Assembly (NCBI GenBank): GCA_002332755.1
Contig: DDBO01000164.1
Span: 5,882 to 69,881 of the forward strand
Direction of reading: 5' to 3'
Source: Bacteroidales bacterium UBA2030
GTDB lineage: Bacteria; Bacteroidota; Bacteroidia; Bacteroidales; TTA-H9
DNA length: 64,000 bases
How positions within the stretch are numbered: the stretch's first letter is position 1; each line of letters starts with the position of its first letter. Positions 29,227 through 39,330 of this stretch are shown piece after piece. The translations under genes and the position numbers were made by a program. Below the pieces are notes generated by a model. It made no database searches, was not told the DNA's origin, and worked only from the letters and a program-made list of their open reading frames with translations.

Positions 29227-30821
29227 GATTTTTGCGAAATTTTCTTTAGAATGCTAACCAAATCATTAATTCTAAAAGGCTTGCTGATGTAATCATCCAT
29301 GCCAATGGCTAAGCAACGTTCGCGATCGGCCTCGAATGAGTTAGCCGTCATGGCTATTATGGGGGTGTGTGTCCCTTTTTCAGCCTCCTCTGCACGTATA
29401 ATGGTGGTGGCCTCATAACCGTCCATTTCGGGCATCTGTATATCCATCAAAATTAAATCGTAGCAACTCTTACGAGCCATCTCCACTGCTTCCAGACCGT
29501 TTTTGGCAATATCAATCATGTGCCCAAACTTTTTCAAATTGGCCACCGCAACTTTCTGGTTAATAAGGTTATCCTCTGCCAGCAAGATGTGCAGGGGTTT
29601 CATTTGTGTTTCTATCACCTCCGCCTCGGGTTTTTCCTCTGGGATTTCGGAGGGTGGCACTTTTTCGAAAACAGCAGTAAACCAAAAAGTAGAACCTTTT
29701 CCCACCTCACTCTCTACCCCTATTTCTCCATCCATCATTTCGCATAAGCTTTTGGAAATGGCAAGTCCTAAGCCTGTACCCCCATATTTGCGGGTTGTAG
29801 AGGTATCAGCCTGTGAAAAAGCCTTGAATAACTTTTCCTTTCCTTCCGGTGAAATCCCGATTCCTGTATCAATTACTTTGAAAAGCAGCTTAACACTTTG
29901 GTCACCGTCTTTTTCAACCCCAACATCCACGGTTACGCTACCTTCATACGTAAACTTTATGGCATTATTTACGAGATTGGTTATAATTTGCTTTAAACGC
30001 AAAGGGTCACCCTTGATGTAACGAGGAACATTGTCTGCTAAAATGACGTTAAGGGCCACATTATTTTCATTAGCCCTGATAGTTAATATCTTAATTACCT
30101 CATCTATAGCCGCAGGGAGATTAAAAGCTATATTTTCCAGTTCAACCTGATTGGACTCAATTTTAGAAAAGTCTAGAATATCATTAATGATATTCAACAA
30201 ATTACGTCCTGAAGCGATAATAGTAGCAAGATAATCTTTTTGCTCTTCTGTGAGCGGTGTTTGAGCCAGAAGGTCAGCCATACCTATGATTCCATTCATA
30301 GGGGTACGGATTTCATGGCTCATATTGGCTAAGAAGATAGATTTTGCGCGGGTAGCAGCTTCCGCCTTTTCCTTGGCGATTCGATATTGCTCGCTAATGA
30401 TTTCCTTTTCGCGCACTAGCCGTGTCAACTCCCGTTTTTGCAGATAAAGATCAAGAAATACTTTAACCTTTCCTCTGAGAATACGTCCGTCGATAGGTTT
30501 AGAAATAAAGTCAACAGCCCCGGTTTCAATACCTTTAACAACATGAAAATCTTCCTTATAGATAGCTGAAACAAAGATAACAGGTAAGAATTTGCCCTTA
30601 GCTGTCTGCCGAATAAGGGTGACTGTTTCATAGCCATCCATTCCGGGCATTTGAATATCGATAATAGCTAAGGCAAAGTCATGGTTGAGAACTTTGGCAA
30701 TGGCTTCATTGCCACTGAGTGCCCTCACAAACTCAACATCGAAACCTTCGAGGAGAGTCTCCAACGAAATCAGGTTCTCCACCTTATCATCAACTATCAG
30801 TATTTGGGGTTTGGCTGACAT
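29223..30821 (-). CDS. hybrid histidine kinase, REC-HisKA-HATPase-REC
   Basis: It has an N-terminal receiver (AIIDIQMPGMDG), the H-box MSHEIRTPMNG, the G-boxes DTGIGI / GTGLGLAI, and a C-terminal receiver (LILMDIQMPEMDG). Its stop overlaps the next start (ATGA). Confidence 0.9.
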   Translation of the reverse strand: MSAKPQILIVDDKVENLISLETLLEGFDVEFVRALSGNEAIAKVLNHDFALAIIDIQMPGMDGYETVTLIRQTAKGKFLPVIFVSAIYKEDFHVVKGIETGAVDFISKPIDGRILRGKVKVFLDLYLQKRELTRLVREKEIISEQYRIAKEKAEAATRAKSIFLANMSHEIRTPMNGIIGMADLLAQTPLTEEQKDYLATIIASGRNLLNIINDILDFSKIESNQVELENIAFNLPAAIDEVIKILTIRANENNVALNVILADNVPRYIKGDPLRLKQIITNLVNNAIKFTYEGSVTVDVGVEKDGDQSVKLLFKVIDTGIGISPEGKEKLFKAFSQADTSTTRKYGGTGLGLAISKSLCEMMDGEIGVESEVGKGSTFWFTAVFEKVPPSEIPEEKPEAEVIETQMKPLHILLAEDNLINQKVAVANLKKFGHMIDIAKNGLEAVEMARKSCYDLILMDIQMPEMDGYEATTIIRAEEAEKGTHTPIIAMTANSFEADRERCLAIGMDDYISKPFRINDLVSILKKISQKS

Positions 30822-30830
30822 GGAACTGAG

Positions 30831-33800
30831 TTATTTGTGCAACCACACACGGATGAGGGACAGGAGTTTGTCAACATTTACCGGTTTGGAGATATAATCG
30901 CTTGCACCTGCAGCTATACAGCGATTGCGGTCTTCTTTCATTGCCTTCGCTGTAAGGGCTATGATGGGCAAATTTCGAAACTGAGGTATTTCTCTGATTT
31001 TTCGAATGGTATCATAACCGTCCATGACGGGCATCATAATATCCATAAGCACCAGATGGATGTCGGGCTCCTGATTGAGCATATCTATGGCCATCTGACC
31101 GTTTTCAGCAGCTCTGACAATAATTTCTTTTTCTTCGAGCACGCGGGTAAGGGCAATCACATTCCGCATATCGTCATCGACGATGAGAATTTTTTTGTTG
31201 CGGAAAATGGTATCCCTATCATGCAAGAAGCTGATGATTTCCTGTTGCTGGGGAGGCATTTCACTGACGACACGATGTAAGAAAAGAGCTGTTTCGTCGA
31301 GCAGGCGTTCTTCCGATTTCACGCCTTTAATAATAATAGAGTCTGTATATTGATGAAGCTCTTTATCTTCCTCGCGGGTGAGTTCGCGGCCAGTATATAC
31401 AATAACCGGAGGGGCTTTAAATTCAGGAGTATTTTTGATGGCCCGCAGCAATTCAAAGCCACTCATATCGGGCAAGCCTAAATCAAGTACCATGCAATCG
31501 AAATGCTTCGACCTTATGGCTTCCAAAGCAGCCTTTCCTGAATCGCACTCGGTAATCTTTATATCTTTTTCTCCAATGATGGTTTTGATGGATTTACGCA
31601 AGTTTTTATCGTCTTCAACCAGCAGAAGTTCACGGAGACCTCCGCTTATATAATGACCAATACGTTCGAAAGCAGAATCGAGCTGGTCAGGGTTGACGGG
31701 CTTAGTAAGATAACCAATTGCGCCCTTGCGGTAAGCTTCAAGGTCTTCATCGTAAGCCGACATGATATGCACAGGAATATGACGCAAGCTGGGGGTTTCC
31801 TTTAAACGATCAAGAACATCCCATCCGTTCATTCCAGGTAAATTGATATCGAGAATGATGGCAGCGGGCTTAAACCGGTTGGCCAATTCGAGCCCTTCTT
31901 CTCCTGTGGCGCTGGCAAGTACCTTAAATCCTTTTTCCCGAGCCTGTGCAGCCAGGACAGAAGCAAATGAAGCATCATCTTCAACAATAAGCAAAACCCT
32001 GTCGGCTGAAGTGATCAAGTTACGGTCATCGGGGATTGAATCTACTTTAGGGGGCTCGGGTGGAGTTTCTGCCAACAATGGGTCCTCATCAACAGGTTTG
32101 GAAGGGGGAGCAGGTGTTGTCGTTTGAGGTATGGGTTCAGGTGTGGGATTTACAATCTCTTTTTCTGGCATTTTCAAAGGCAGGTAAATAGTAAACCTGC
32201 TCCCTTTTCCCGGCTCACTTTCTAATTGGATTTCTCCGCCCAACAAACGTGCAAGTTCTTTAGAAATGCTCAAGCCCAAACCCGTGCCTCCGTATTTTCG
32301 TGAGGTACTTCCATCAGCTTGCTTAAATGCTTCAAAAATGAGGTCCTGCTTATCTTTAGGTATGCCTATACCGGTATCTGTTACCGAGAAAGCTATTACC
32401 GGACCTTTCTGAAGCGCGGGGATTACAAATTTATGATTCGGACCAGCCATTGAAATTTCAAAGGTAACAGATCCCTGACTGGTAAATTTAATGGCATTCG
32501 ACAAAAGGTTCTTCAGTATTTGCTCTAACCTCAGACGGTCGGTTACGAATTGTTCAGGGACGTCATCTGCAACCAAAACTCTAAATTCTAAGCCCTTTTG
32601 CGATGCAATATGGTTGAAATGCATTTTGACGTAGGAAGCCAGGGATTCGGTTTCCACTTTTTCGGGGTTTATATCCAAGCGACCGGCTTCTATCTTCGAT
32701 AAATCGAGAATATCGTTGATAAGCGTAAGCAGCTCATTGCCACTGTTATAGATAATTTGAGCAGCTTCAACCTGATCTGGTGTTAGGTTGCCTTTCTTAT
32801 TATCCATTAAACTCTTGCTTAAAATAAGAAGACTGTTGAGAGGGGTTCGCAGCTCATGCGACATGTTGGCCAGAAATTCCGATTTGTATTGGCTGGCCTT
32901 TTCCACCTCGCGGGCCTTACGTTCAATTTCAGCTTTAGCATTTTCAAGCTCCTGATTTTTAAGCGCAATGGCTGCCTTTTGCTGTTCGAGGATGCGTGTT
33001 TTTTCTTCCAACTCTTCATTGGTAACTCTCAACTCTTCCTGCTGGGCCTGCAGACTGGCTTCTGATTCTTTAAGTGCTTTGGCCTGTTGTTCAAGCTCTT
33101 CGTTGGCCTCTCGAAGCTCCTCCTGCTGTACCCTCAGCTCTTCAGCCATTTCCTGGGTAGCAACCAGCAAACGTTTCATCTCCTGGCGAGCCTGAATGGA
33201 ATGGAAAGCTATAGCAATGCTCTCCTCTACCTGGTCGAGGAAAGTACATTGCAAATCTGTCCAGTGACGTGTGGATGCCAGCTCCATAACCCCAATAACA
33301 TTGCCATGAAACAGGAATGGCTGTAAAATTACCTGAGGGGCTTCTCCTTCTGCCAGACCACTCTGTATGTAGATAAATTCAGCAGGCACATTATCGAAAA
33401 TAATTACCTTTTTCTCAAGGGCCGCCTGCCCTACCAATCCTTCTCCAAGTTTAAATTCAGTAATGGGTGATTTACGATGGCTAAAGGCATAAGTGCCCGT
33501 CAACTTTAGTACATCTCCTTGCACAAGATAAAGAGCACCAGCCTGAAATTTAAGGATTTGTGCCAATTTAGAAAGCAGTTCTCCTGCCAAATCCTCTGCA
33601 CTTTTTTCTCCTCTCAATACATTTCCGGTTTCAACGATAGAAGTCTGCAACCAGCTGTTTCCCGCATTGACCTCCGACAACTTTTTCAGGTTGTTGCGCA
33701 TCTGAATTAGAGCATTTCCAAGCAAATCCTCCTTGCTCAGCGGAGTATATGGTACCTCAAGATTGCCTTCACCAATAGCCAGAGCAAAATCGGTATTGGT

Positions 33801-34991
33801 TTTTAAAGCTCGAGCCAGACGCTGAAGGGCTTTGCTCATCTGTCCCAATTCATCCTTTGTCTTTACAATAACATGCTCAACATCGGGCAAGGCACCTCTG
33901 GCGAGCTCCTCAAGATGCTGTGTGGTTTGTTTAAGCGGGTTAGTGATTTTCCGGCTAATATAAATCACTACCAGACTCATAAATATAATGCTAAGAATAC
34001 CTGCGCCTATGGTTTTCCAAAAGGTTAGTTTTGCTTCTCTCAATACAGTATCCTTGGGAATAGCAATGCCCAATGCCCATGGGGTACCTGTTTGTCCAAT
34101 ACTCAAGGGTACAATAGAAAGCTCATATTCTTGGCGATTAAGTTTACAAAAATAACTTCCCTGAAAAGCCTCACCTTTGGCAATTTTCTGGTCAAGAAGT
34201 TCAATAGAGACCAAATCGCCAAAGACAGAATCAATGGGTGCCCCCACAAACTTCTTATTGGGATGAGCCACAAAGACTCCGTTGTTACTGATAAGAAATA
34301 CCATTCCATCGCCCATGGGACGGATACCCCGAAATTTCTGTTGAAGCTGATCGAGTGAGGCATCAACGCCCACCACCCCTAAAAATTTACCATCGCGAAT
34401 GATGGGGGTAATAAGGCTGGTTTGCAATATGGCATCCTCTGGCCGGCCGGTAAATGAATACTTATAAGGATTGAGAATGGTTTCCCTGAGTCTAACTTTG
34501 GGCAGGGTAAAATAATCTCCCTCGAAAAGAGCAGCATCGGGCGCAGAGACTTCTAACTTAATAGTATTACCTTGCCTGTAAAAAGTGGGTGAAAAATTAC
34601 CAATACGGGTAGAGCCGGGTGCCATTATATTTTTGCCGTCAAGCCTGTCGATGGTATAGGGTTCCCAGATGGTCCACACAGACAGAAAATCCACATTGTC
34701 TCTCAAAACATGTTTTAACATGTCCATATAAACCTGCCGGCGGGAAGCTTCAGGAATACTTTCGAATTGGCTAAAAACCTGCGCCAACGTTCTGGAAGCA
34801 TCCAGGTAAATCTCAAGTTCAGCCCTCGTGTAATTACCGTATTGGCCTGCCAGGGCAGTAGAGGTAACCCTTGTATGATTAAGAGATGCCTTTCGGCTTG
34901 CAAATCCGATAAACGCAATGGTTGCACCTGAAGTGATTAAAAGCGTGGCAATTATGTAAAACAACAAACGCCTGTTCAAGTTTCGTTTCAT
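30831..34991 (-). CDS. 1386-aa hybrid sensor histidine kinase: periplasmic Cache-like domain, TM, HAMP, GAF, coiled coil, HisKA-HATPase, Pro-rich linker, three receiver domains
   Basis: Two TM segments flank a ~300-aa extracytoplasmic domain. It has a QQEELRxxNEELE coiled coil, the H-box MSHELRTPLNS and the G-boxes DTGIGI / GTGLGLSI. The three receivers have intact Asp pockets (IILDINLPGMNG, MVLDLGLPDMSG, VLMDIMMPVMDG). Confidence 0.9.
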   Translation of the reverse strand: MKRNLNRRLLFYIIATLLITSGATIAFIGFASRKASLNHTRVTSTALAGQYGNYTRAELEIYLDASRTLAQVFSQFESIPEASRRQVYMDMLKHVLRDNVDFLSVWTIWEPYTIDRLDGKNIMAPGSTRIGNFSPTFYRQGNTIKLEVSAPDAALFEGDYFTLPKVRLRETILNPYKYSFTGRPEDAILQTSLITPIIRDGKFLGVVGVDASLDQLQQKFRGIRPMGDGMVFLISNNGVFVAHPNKKFVGAPIDSVFGDLVSIELLDQKIAKGEAFQGSYFCKLNRQEYELSIVPLSIGQTGTPWALGIAIPKDTVLREAKLTFWKTIGAGILSIIFMSLVVIYISRKITNPLKQTTQHLEELARGALPDVEHVIVKTKDELGQMSKALQRLARALKTNTDFALAIGEGNLEVPYTPLSKEDLLGNALIQMRNNLKKLSEVNAGNSWLQTSIVETGNVLRGEKSAEDLAGELLSKLAQILKFQAGALYLVQGDVLKLTGTYAFSHRKSPITEFKLGEGLVGQAALEKKVIIFDNVPAEFIYIQSGLAEGEAPQVILQPFLFHGNVIGVMELASTRHWTDLQCTFLDQVEESIAIAFHSIQARQEMKRLLVATQEMAEELRVQQEELREANEELEQQAKALKESEASLQAQQEELRVTNEELEEKTRILEQQKAAIALKNQELENAKAEIERKAREVEKASQYKSEFLANMSHELRTPLNSLLILSKSLMDNKKGNLTPDQVEAAQIIYNSGNELLTLINDILDLSKIEAGRLDINPEKVETESLASYVKMHFNHIASQKGLEFRVLVADDVPEQFVTDRLRLEQILKNLLSNAIKFTSQGSVTFEISMAGPNHKFVIPALQKGPVIAFSVTDTGIGIPKDKQDLIFEAFKQADGSTSRKYGGTGLGLSISKELARLLGGEIQLESEPGKGSRFTIYLPLKMPEKEIVNPTPEPIPQTTTPAPPSKPVDEDPLLAETPPEPPKVDSIPDDRNLITSADRVLLIVEDDASFASVLAAQAREKGFKVLASATGEEGLELANRFKPAAIILDINLPGMNGWDVLDRLKETPSLRHIPVHIMSAYDEDLEAYRKGAIGYLTKPVNPDQLDSAFERIGHYISGGLRELLLVEDDKNLRKSIKTIIGEKDIKITECDSGKAALEAIRSKHFDCMVLDLGLPDMSGFELLRAIKNTPEFKAPPVIVYTGRELTREEDKELHQYTDSIIIKGVKSEERLLDETALFLHRVVSEMPPQQQEIISFLHDRDTIFRNKKILIVDDDMRNVIALTRVLEEKEIIVRAAENGQMAIDMLNQEPDIHLVLMDIMMPVMDGYDTIRKIREIPQFRNLPIIALTAKAMKEDRNRCIAAGASDYISKPVNVDKLLSLIRVWLHK

Positions 34992-35038
34992 GGTAGGCTG
35001 ATTGAATGCTTAAAATTACAAAATACATCAAAGCATTT

Positions 35039-36466
35039 TCAACGAGGAATCTTTTTTCTAAAAAGCATTCCCACACCAAGGGTTAAAAATGATACAACCA
35101 TTGCCGGAATAAAGGATACCTTGGGGTCAATAATCCCCGGCTTTGTCATACCCAACACAAAAAGCAAAACATTAACAAGGAATCCGCTGAAAATGCTGAC
35201 AAGGGCTTCCTTGCGATGCAGGGCGGGATGTTTGTGAAGTAAGGCCAGAAGGGTTGCGGGAACAAAAACGGCAATGGTTCCAATACCCACTACCATAAGG
35301 TTTACAATACCCGGAAGAATCAGGGCAAGCAATAAAGCCATTACACCAAAGACAATACTTACCAGGCGGATGAGCGACATTTGCCTCCCTGAGGACATCT
35401 GACGGCCGGCATCTCGGTATTTCCAACCCGCAAAATCGCGCACAGCAGAGATGGAAGCAACATTCAGAAAACTATCGGCCGACGACATAAGCGCTGCCAT
35501 AAGTCCTACAATGGCAAAACCCATGGCAAATGGACCCGTATTCCGCTCTAAAAATGCATACACCATATCCTCTGATAACTGGCCATCGCCAAGCTTTAAA
35601 CGCATGGCCATGCCTGCCAAAGGGAAAATCACGTAAAAAGGTAGCATCCCCAGGGCCGACCAATAATTCATTCGAACAGCGGCCTTTTCGTTGCGTGCAG
35701 ACAAAATGCGTTGCCATATGTCCATTCTGACGAGCACCGATGGTGCAATGAATAACGGCAAGCCTACCAAAAAAAGCCATCCATACGACATGCCATTCAA
35801 CATTTCTTTGGGAAGCAACCTTAGCAGTGACAGTCCCTCCGTTTCGGCATCAATGCCGGGAATGAAAATGAAAAGAATCATCAACAGAATAAAGAAAAAC
35901 TGAAGCATATCTGTATAAATAACGCCAGCCAGTCCAGCAAAAGCTGTGTAAGCAATTACTATGATACATGAGAGTATGGCAGCAGGTAAATATTCTATTC
36001 CTAAAACATGTTTGAGAACAGAAGCCATTGCAACAAACTGAGCAGCCAGTAGAAAAAAGAAGATAAATACATTGACTCCTGTAACCATTCCAGAGAAAAG
36101 CTTGCGAAAAGCCGGAGAGCCCGTTTGGGTAAAAGTTTTATTAAGATATTGAGGATAACTATATATTTCGCGTTTCTCGCCTAATTGTCGGATATGGGCT
36201 GCAAATCGGGCAACGATAAAAAAACCCAAAACATAAGCAATACCAATACCTAATGCCGCAAACCCCGATTCGTAGCCCATGGCAATAAGGCCTACAGATG
36301 TCCCTCCTCCTACAAAGGTGGATAGGGTTGTGAATACCAGGAGTGCCGTCCCTGTCTTTCGATTATTGACAAGATAATGGTCCAGGTCGCGATGACGAAT
36401 ATGGCGTAAGGTGAACAAGATCACCAAAATAGCGTAGAATATTAACCAAAAAAGGAGCCAGTTCAT
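35039..36466 (-). CDS. sodium:solute symporter (SSF/SLC5) family transporter
   Basis: 475 aa with about 13 hydrophobic helices and an SSF-like layout. It ends 47 nt upstream of the large kinase on the same strand. Confidence 0.8.
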   Translation of the reverse strand: MNWLLFWLIFYAILVILFTLRHIRHRDLDHYLVNNRKTGTALLVFTTLSTFVGGGTSVGLIAMGYESGFAALGIGIAYVLGFFIVARFAAHIRQLGEKREIYSYPQYLNKTFTQTGSPAFRKLFSGMVTGVNVFIFFFLLAAQFVAMASVLKHVLGIEYLPAAILSCIIVIAYTAFAGLAGVIYTDMLQFFFILLMILFIFIPGIDAETEGLSLLRLLPKEMLNGMSYGWLFLVGLPLFIAPSVLVRMDIWQRILSARNEKAAVRMNYWSALGMLPFYVIFPLAGMAMRLKLGDGQLSEDMVYAFLERNTGPFAMGFAIVGLMAALMSSADSFLNVASISAVRDFAGWKYRDAGRQMSSGRQMSLIRLVSIVFGVMALLLALILPGIVNLMVVGIGTIAVFVPATLLALLHKHPALHRKEALVSIFSGFLVNVLLFVLGMTKPGIIDPKVSFIPAMVVSFLTLGVGMLFRKKIPR

Positions 36467-36490
36467 GGTTCAAGTGGGTTTAACTCTGGC

Positions 36491-36498
36491 CAAAATTA
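36491..36498 (-). promoter_or_regulatory. -7 box TAatTTTG for the symporter/kinase unit
   Basis: Perfect TAnnTTTG on the minus strand, 25 nt upstream of ATG 36466. Confidence 0.55.
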
Positions 36499-36516
36499 AA
36501 AACTTTGGTCAATGAG

Positions 36517-36540
36517 CTTTCATTTTGAAACGAATGAAAG
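36517..36540. promoter_or_regulatory. perfect 8-bp inverted repeat between divergent promoters
   Basis: ctttcatt (36517-36524) and aatgaaag (36533-36540) are separated by 8 nt. The repeat lies between the -7 boxes at 36491-36498 (minus) and 36554-36561 (plus). Confidence 0.35.
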
Positions 36541-36553
36541 ACAGGCAAAGGTT

Positions 36554-36561
36554 TACCTTTG
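36554..36561 (+). promoter_or_regulatory. -7 box TAccTTTG for pdxJ
   Basis: Perfect TAnnTTTG, 16 nt upstream of ATG 36577. Confidence 0.5.
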
Positions 36562-36576
36562 CAAAAATTTCAAGTC

Positions 36577-37293
36577 ATGATACGACTAAGTGTAAACATC
36601 AACAAGATAGCCACTTTGCGCAATGCCCGAGGGGGCAATATACCCGACGTGCAAAAGGCCGCCATTGACTGCGAAAGATTTGGTGCTCAAGGTATTACTG
36701 TGCATCCCCGGCCCGACGAAAGACACATACGATACAACGATGTTCGTTTGCTTAAGCCCCTGTTAACCACAGAATTCAACATTGAAGGCTACCCATCCCG
36801 ACAATTCATTGAATTGGTAACAGAAGTGAAACCCACTCAAGTTACCTTGGTGCCCGACCCACCTGATGCCATCACCTCGAATGCCGGCTGGGATACAATA
36901 ACCCATGAGGATTTTCTGAAAGATGTAATCGCAGAATTTAAAGCCCATGGCATACGCACATCCATTTTTGTAGAAACGGACATTAGACGGATCGAAAATG
37001 CAGTGAAAACAGGCACCGACCGTGTTGAACTCTATACTGAACCCTATGCAAGGATGTTTCCCGAAAACCCCGCCAAAGCCATTCAGCCATTTATTGAGGC
37101 AGCCAAAGCAGCCAACGCATGTGGGTTAGGAATTAATGCAGGGCACGACCTCAATCTGCAGAATCTGCGCTTTTTTGCTGAAAACATTCCCAGGCTGCTC
37201 GAGGTAAGCATTGGTCACGCGCTTATTAGCGATGCGCTATATTTCGGGCTCGAAAACACTATTCAGATGTACCTGGCCTGCTTGAGACCCTGA
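36577..37293 (+). CDS. pdxJ: pyridoxine 5'-phosphate synthase
   Basis: [20 protein letters not shown]... is a PdxJ N-terminus, and the ORF is ~238 aa of TIM-barrel length. The start was moved from TTG 36559 to ATG 36577. Confidence 0.93.
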   Translation: MIRLSVNINKIATLRNARGGNIPDVQKAAIDCERFGAQGITVHPRPDERHIRYNDVRLLKPLLTTEFNIEGYPSRQFIELVTEVKPTQVTLVPDPPDAITSNAGWDTITHEDFLKDVIAEFKAHGIRTSIFVETDIRRIENAVKTGTDRVELYTEPYARMFPENPAKAIQPFIEAAKAANACGLGINAGHDLNLQNLRFFAENIPRLLEVSIGHALISDALYFGLENTIQMYLACLRP

Positions 37294-37365
37294 GGCCCAT
37301 CCTGCTTCACCTTGGCCGGTAATATGGTAATTCCATATGAGTTTTAGGCAAAGCCGGCGAATGTG

Positions 37366-37373
37366 TACCTTTG
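37366..37373 (+). promoter_or_regulatory. -7 box TAccTTTG for prfA-pyrF
   Basis: Perfect TAnnTTTG, 26 nt upstream of ATG 37399. Confidence 0.55.
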
Positions 37374-37398
37374 CACCCGCAAATTCATATTTTAAAGC

Positions 37399-38472
37399 AT
37401 GTTAGAAAAACTGGAGGCCATTTACAGGCGCTGGCAAGAGATTGAGGAGGAAATGAATGATCCGGCGGTGATGTCGGACATGAAACGCTACGTCAAGCTA
37501 AGTAAAGATTATAAAGACCTTACACCTATTGTTGAGGCTTATAAAAAGTACAAACGCATCAGCGAACATCTGGAGAGCAGCCGCGAAATCCTTTACAACG
37601 AAAAGGATGAAGAACTGAAAGAAATGGCTCGCGAGGAAATAGAGAGTCTGGAACAAGAAAAAGCAACCCTGGAAGAAGAAATCCGCCTGCTCCTTTTACC
37701 CAAAGACCCTCAGGACAGTAAAAATGCAGTAGTGGAAATCAGAGCAGGAACAGGTGGCGATGAAGCCAGCCTCTTTGCCGGTGACCTTTACCGCATGTAT
37801 TCCCGCTATTGCGAAGACAAGGGCTGGAAAGTGGAACTGGTAGATTATACGGAAGGTACAATGGGCGGCTTCAAAGAAGTTATTTTTAATGTAAAAGGAG
37901 AAGACGCATATGGTACCCTGAAATACGAATCAGGTGTACACCGGGTTCAACGTGTGCCCAAAACTGAAGCCCAGGGACGAATCCATACTTCAGCTGCCAG
38001 CGTGGTGGTGCTGCCCGAAGCCGATGAATTTGATGTGGAAATTAAACCCACGGATATCAAAAAAGAGGTTTTTTGCTCCTCAGGACCCGGTGGACAAAGT
38101 GTTAACACAACCTATAGCGCCATACGCCTCACCCATATTCCTACCGGTATTACGGTTTCTATGCAAGATGAAAAATCTCAGATCAAAAACCTGGAAAAAG
38201 CCATGAACATTCTGCGTACCCGTATCTTCGAGCGCGAATATCAAAAGTACCTTGATGAGGTGGCTTCTAAAAGACGCACAATGGTATCTACCGGCGACCG
38301 CAGTGCTAAAATCCGCACCTACAATTATCCCCAGGGCCGGGTTAGTGACCACCGTATAGGATATTCTACATACAATCTGCCAGCCTTCATGGACGGAGAA
38401 ATTCAGGATATGCTCGACCAACTGATGATGGCAGAAAATGCCGAACGACTCAAAACCGAAATCTCGGAATAA
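37399..38472 (+). CDS. prfA: peptide chain release factor 1
   Basis: It has the GGQ motif (SGPGGQSVNTT) and an RF1-type PxT tripeptide (VPKTE). 357 aa. Confidence 0.96.
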   Translation: MLEKLEAIYRRWQEIEEEMNDPAVMSDMKRYVKLSKDYKDLTPIVEAYKKYKRISEHLESSREILYNEKDEELKEMAREEIESLEQEKATLEEEIRLLLLPKDPQDSKNAVVEIRAGTGGDEASLFAGDLYRMYSRYCEDKGWKVELVDYTEGTMGGFKEVIFNVKGEDAYGTLKYESGVHRVQRVPKTEAQGRIHTSAASVVVLPEADEFDVEIKPTDIKKEVFCSSGPGGQSVNTTYSAIRLTHIPTGITVSMQDEKSQIKNLEKAMNILRTRIFEREYQKYLDEVASKRRTMVSTGDRSAKIRTYNYPQGRVSDHRIGYSTYNLPAFMDGEIQDMLDQLMMAENAERLKTEISE

Positions 38473-38490
38473 CTCTATTCCCCAAAAAAC

Positions 38491-39330
38491 ATGACACGAA
38501 ACGAACTTATTTCACTCATCCACCGCAAGCAGTCCTTTCTTTGTGTGGGCCTCGACAGCGATATCACCAAAATTCCGGTACACCTGAAAGATGACCCCGA
38601 TCCTGTTTTTGCCTTCAATAAAGCCATTATCGATGCTACACTTCCCTTCGCTGTAGCATACAAACCCAATCTGGCCTTTTACGAAAGCCGGGGAATAGCC
38701 GGGTGGAAAAGCCTTGAAAAAACCCTGGAATACCTTGAGAGTTTCCGTAGCGAAGTATTTACAATAGCTGATGCCAAACGCGGCGATATTGGAAACACAA
38801 GTCAACACTATGCTTTGAGTGTTTTTAGCAAAGCACACTCCGGACTGGAATTCGATGCGGTTACTGTAGCACCCTACATGGGCTCCGACTCAGTAAAACC
38901 TTTTATGGAATTTGAAGGGAAGTGGGTGATTCTGTTAGCACTTACAAGCAATCAAGGTTCAAGAGATTTCCAGCACTTGAGGGTGAATGAAAACGGATTC
39001 AGGCTTTTTGAAGAAGTGCTTAAACGTTCCTTTGAGTGGGGAGGAACACCAGAAAATATGATGTTTGTTGCAGGAGCCACCCAGGCCCATTTATTTGACG
39101 ATATTCGCCGCATTGTTCCTGAACATTTTCTCCTGGTACCAGGGGTGGGTGCTCAGGGTGGAAGCCTGGAAGAAGTGGCCCGTCATGGCCTCAACCGTGA
39201 TTGCGGGCTGCTGGTAAACAGTTCCCGGGGTATAATTTTTGCTTCAGCAGACCATCATTTTGCAGAAGCTGCAGCAGAAGAGGCCTACAAAATACAACAG
39301 CAAATGGCCCGACTGCTGGCCGCCCTTTAA
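38491..39330 (+). CDS. pyrF: orotidine 5'-phosphate decarboxylase (type 2)
   Basis: It has the [12 protein letters not shown] active-site motif and is 279 aa long, the long-form length. Confidence 0.9.
   Translation: MTRNELISLIHRKQSFLCVGLDSDITKIPVHLKDDPDPVFAFNKAIIDATLPFAVAYKPNLAFYESRGIAGWKSLEKTLEYLESFRSEVFTIADAKRGDIGNTSQHYALSVFSKAHSGLEFDAVTVAPYMGSDSVKPFMEFEGKWVILLALTSNQGSRDFQHLRVNENGFRLFEEVLKRSFEWGGTPENMMFVAGATQAHLFDDIRRIVPEHFLLVPGVGAQGGSLEEVARHGLNRDCGLLVNSSRGIIFASADHHFAEAAAEEAYKIQQQMARLLAAL

Noticed and set aside
32850-33200. This stretch looks repetitive at the nucleotide level (ctcttc/ctcctg/ttcaag motifs) and could be mistaken for a tandem DNA repeat.
   Set aside because: It encodes the E/Q/L-rich coiled coil (QQEELRxxNEELE) between the GAF and HisKA domains of the 1386-aa kinase. 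The periodicity is at the protein level.
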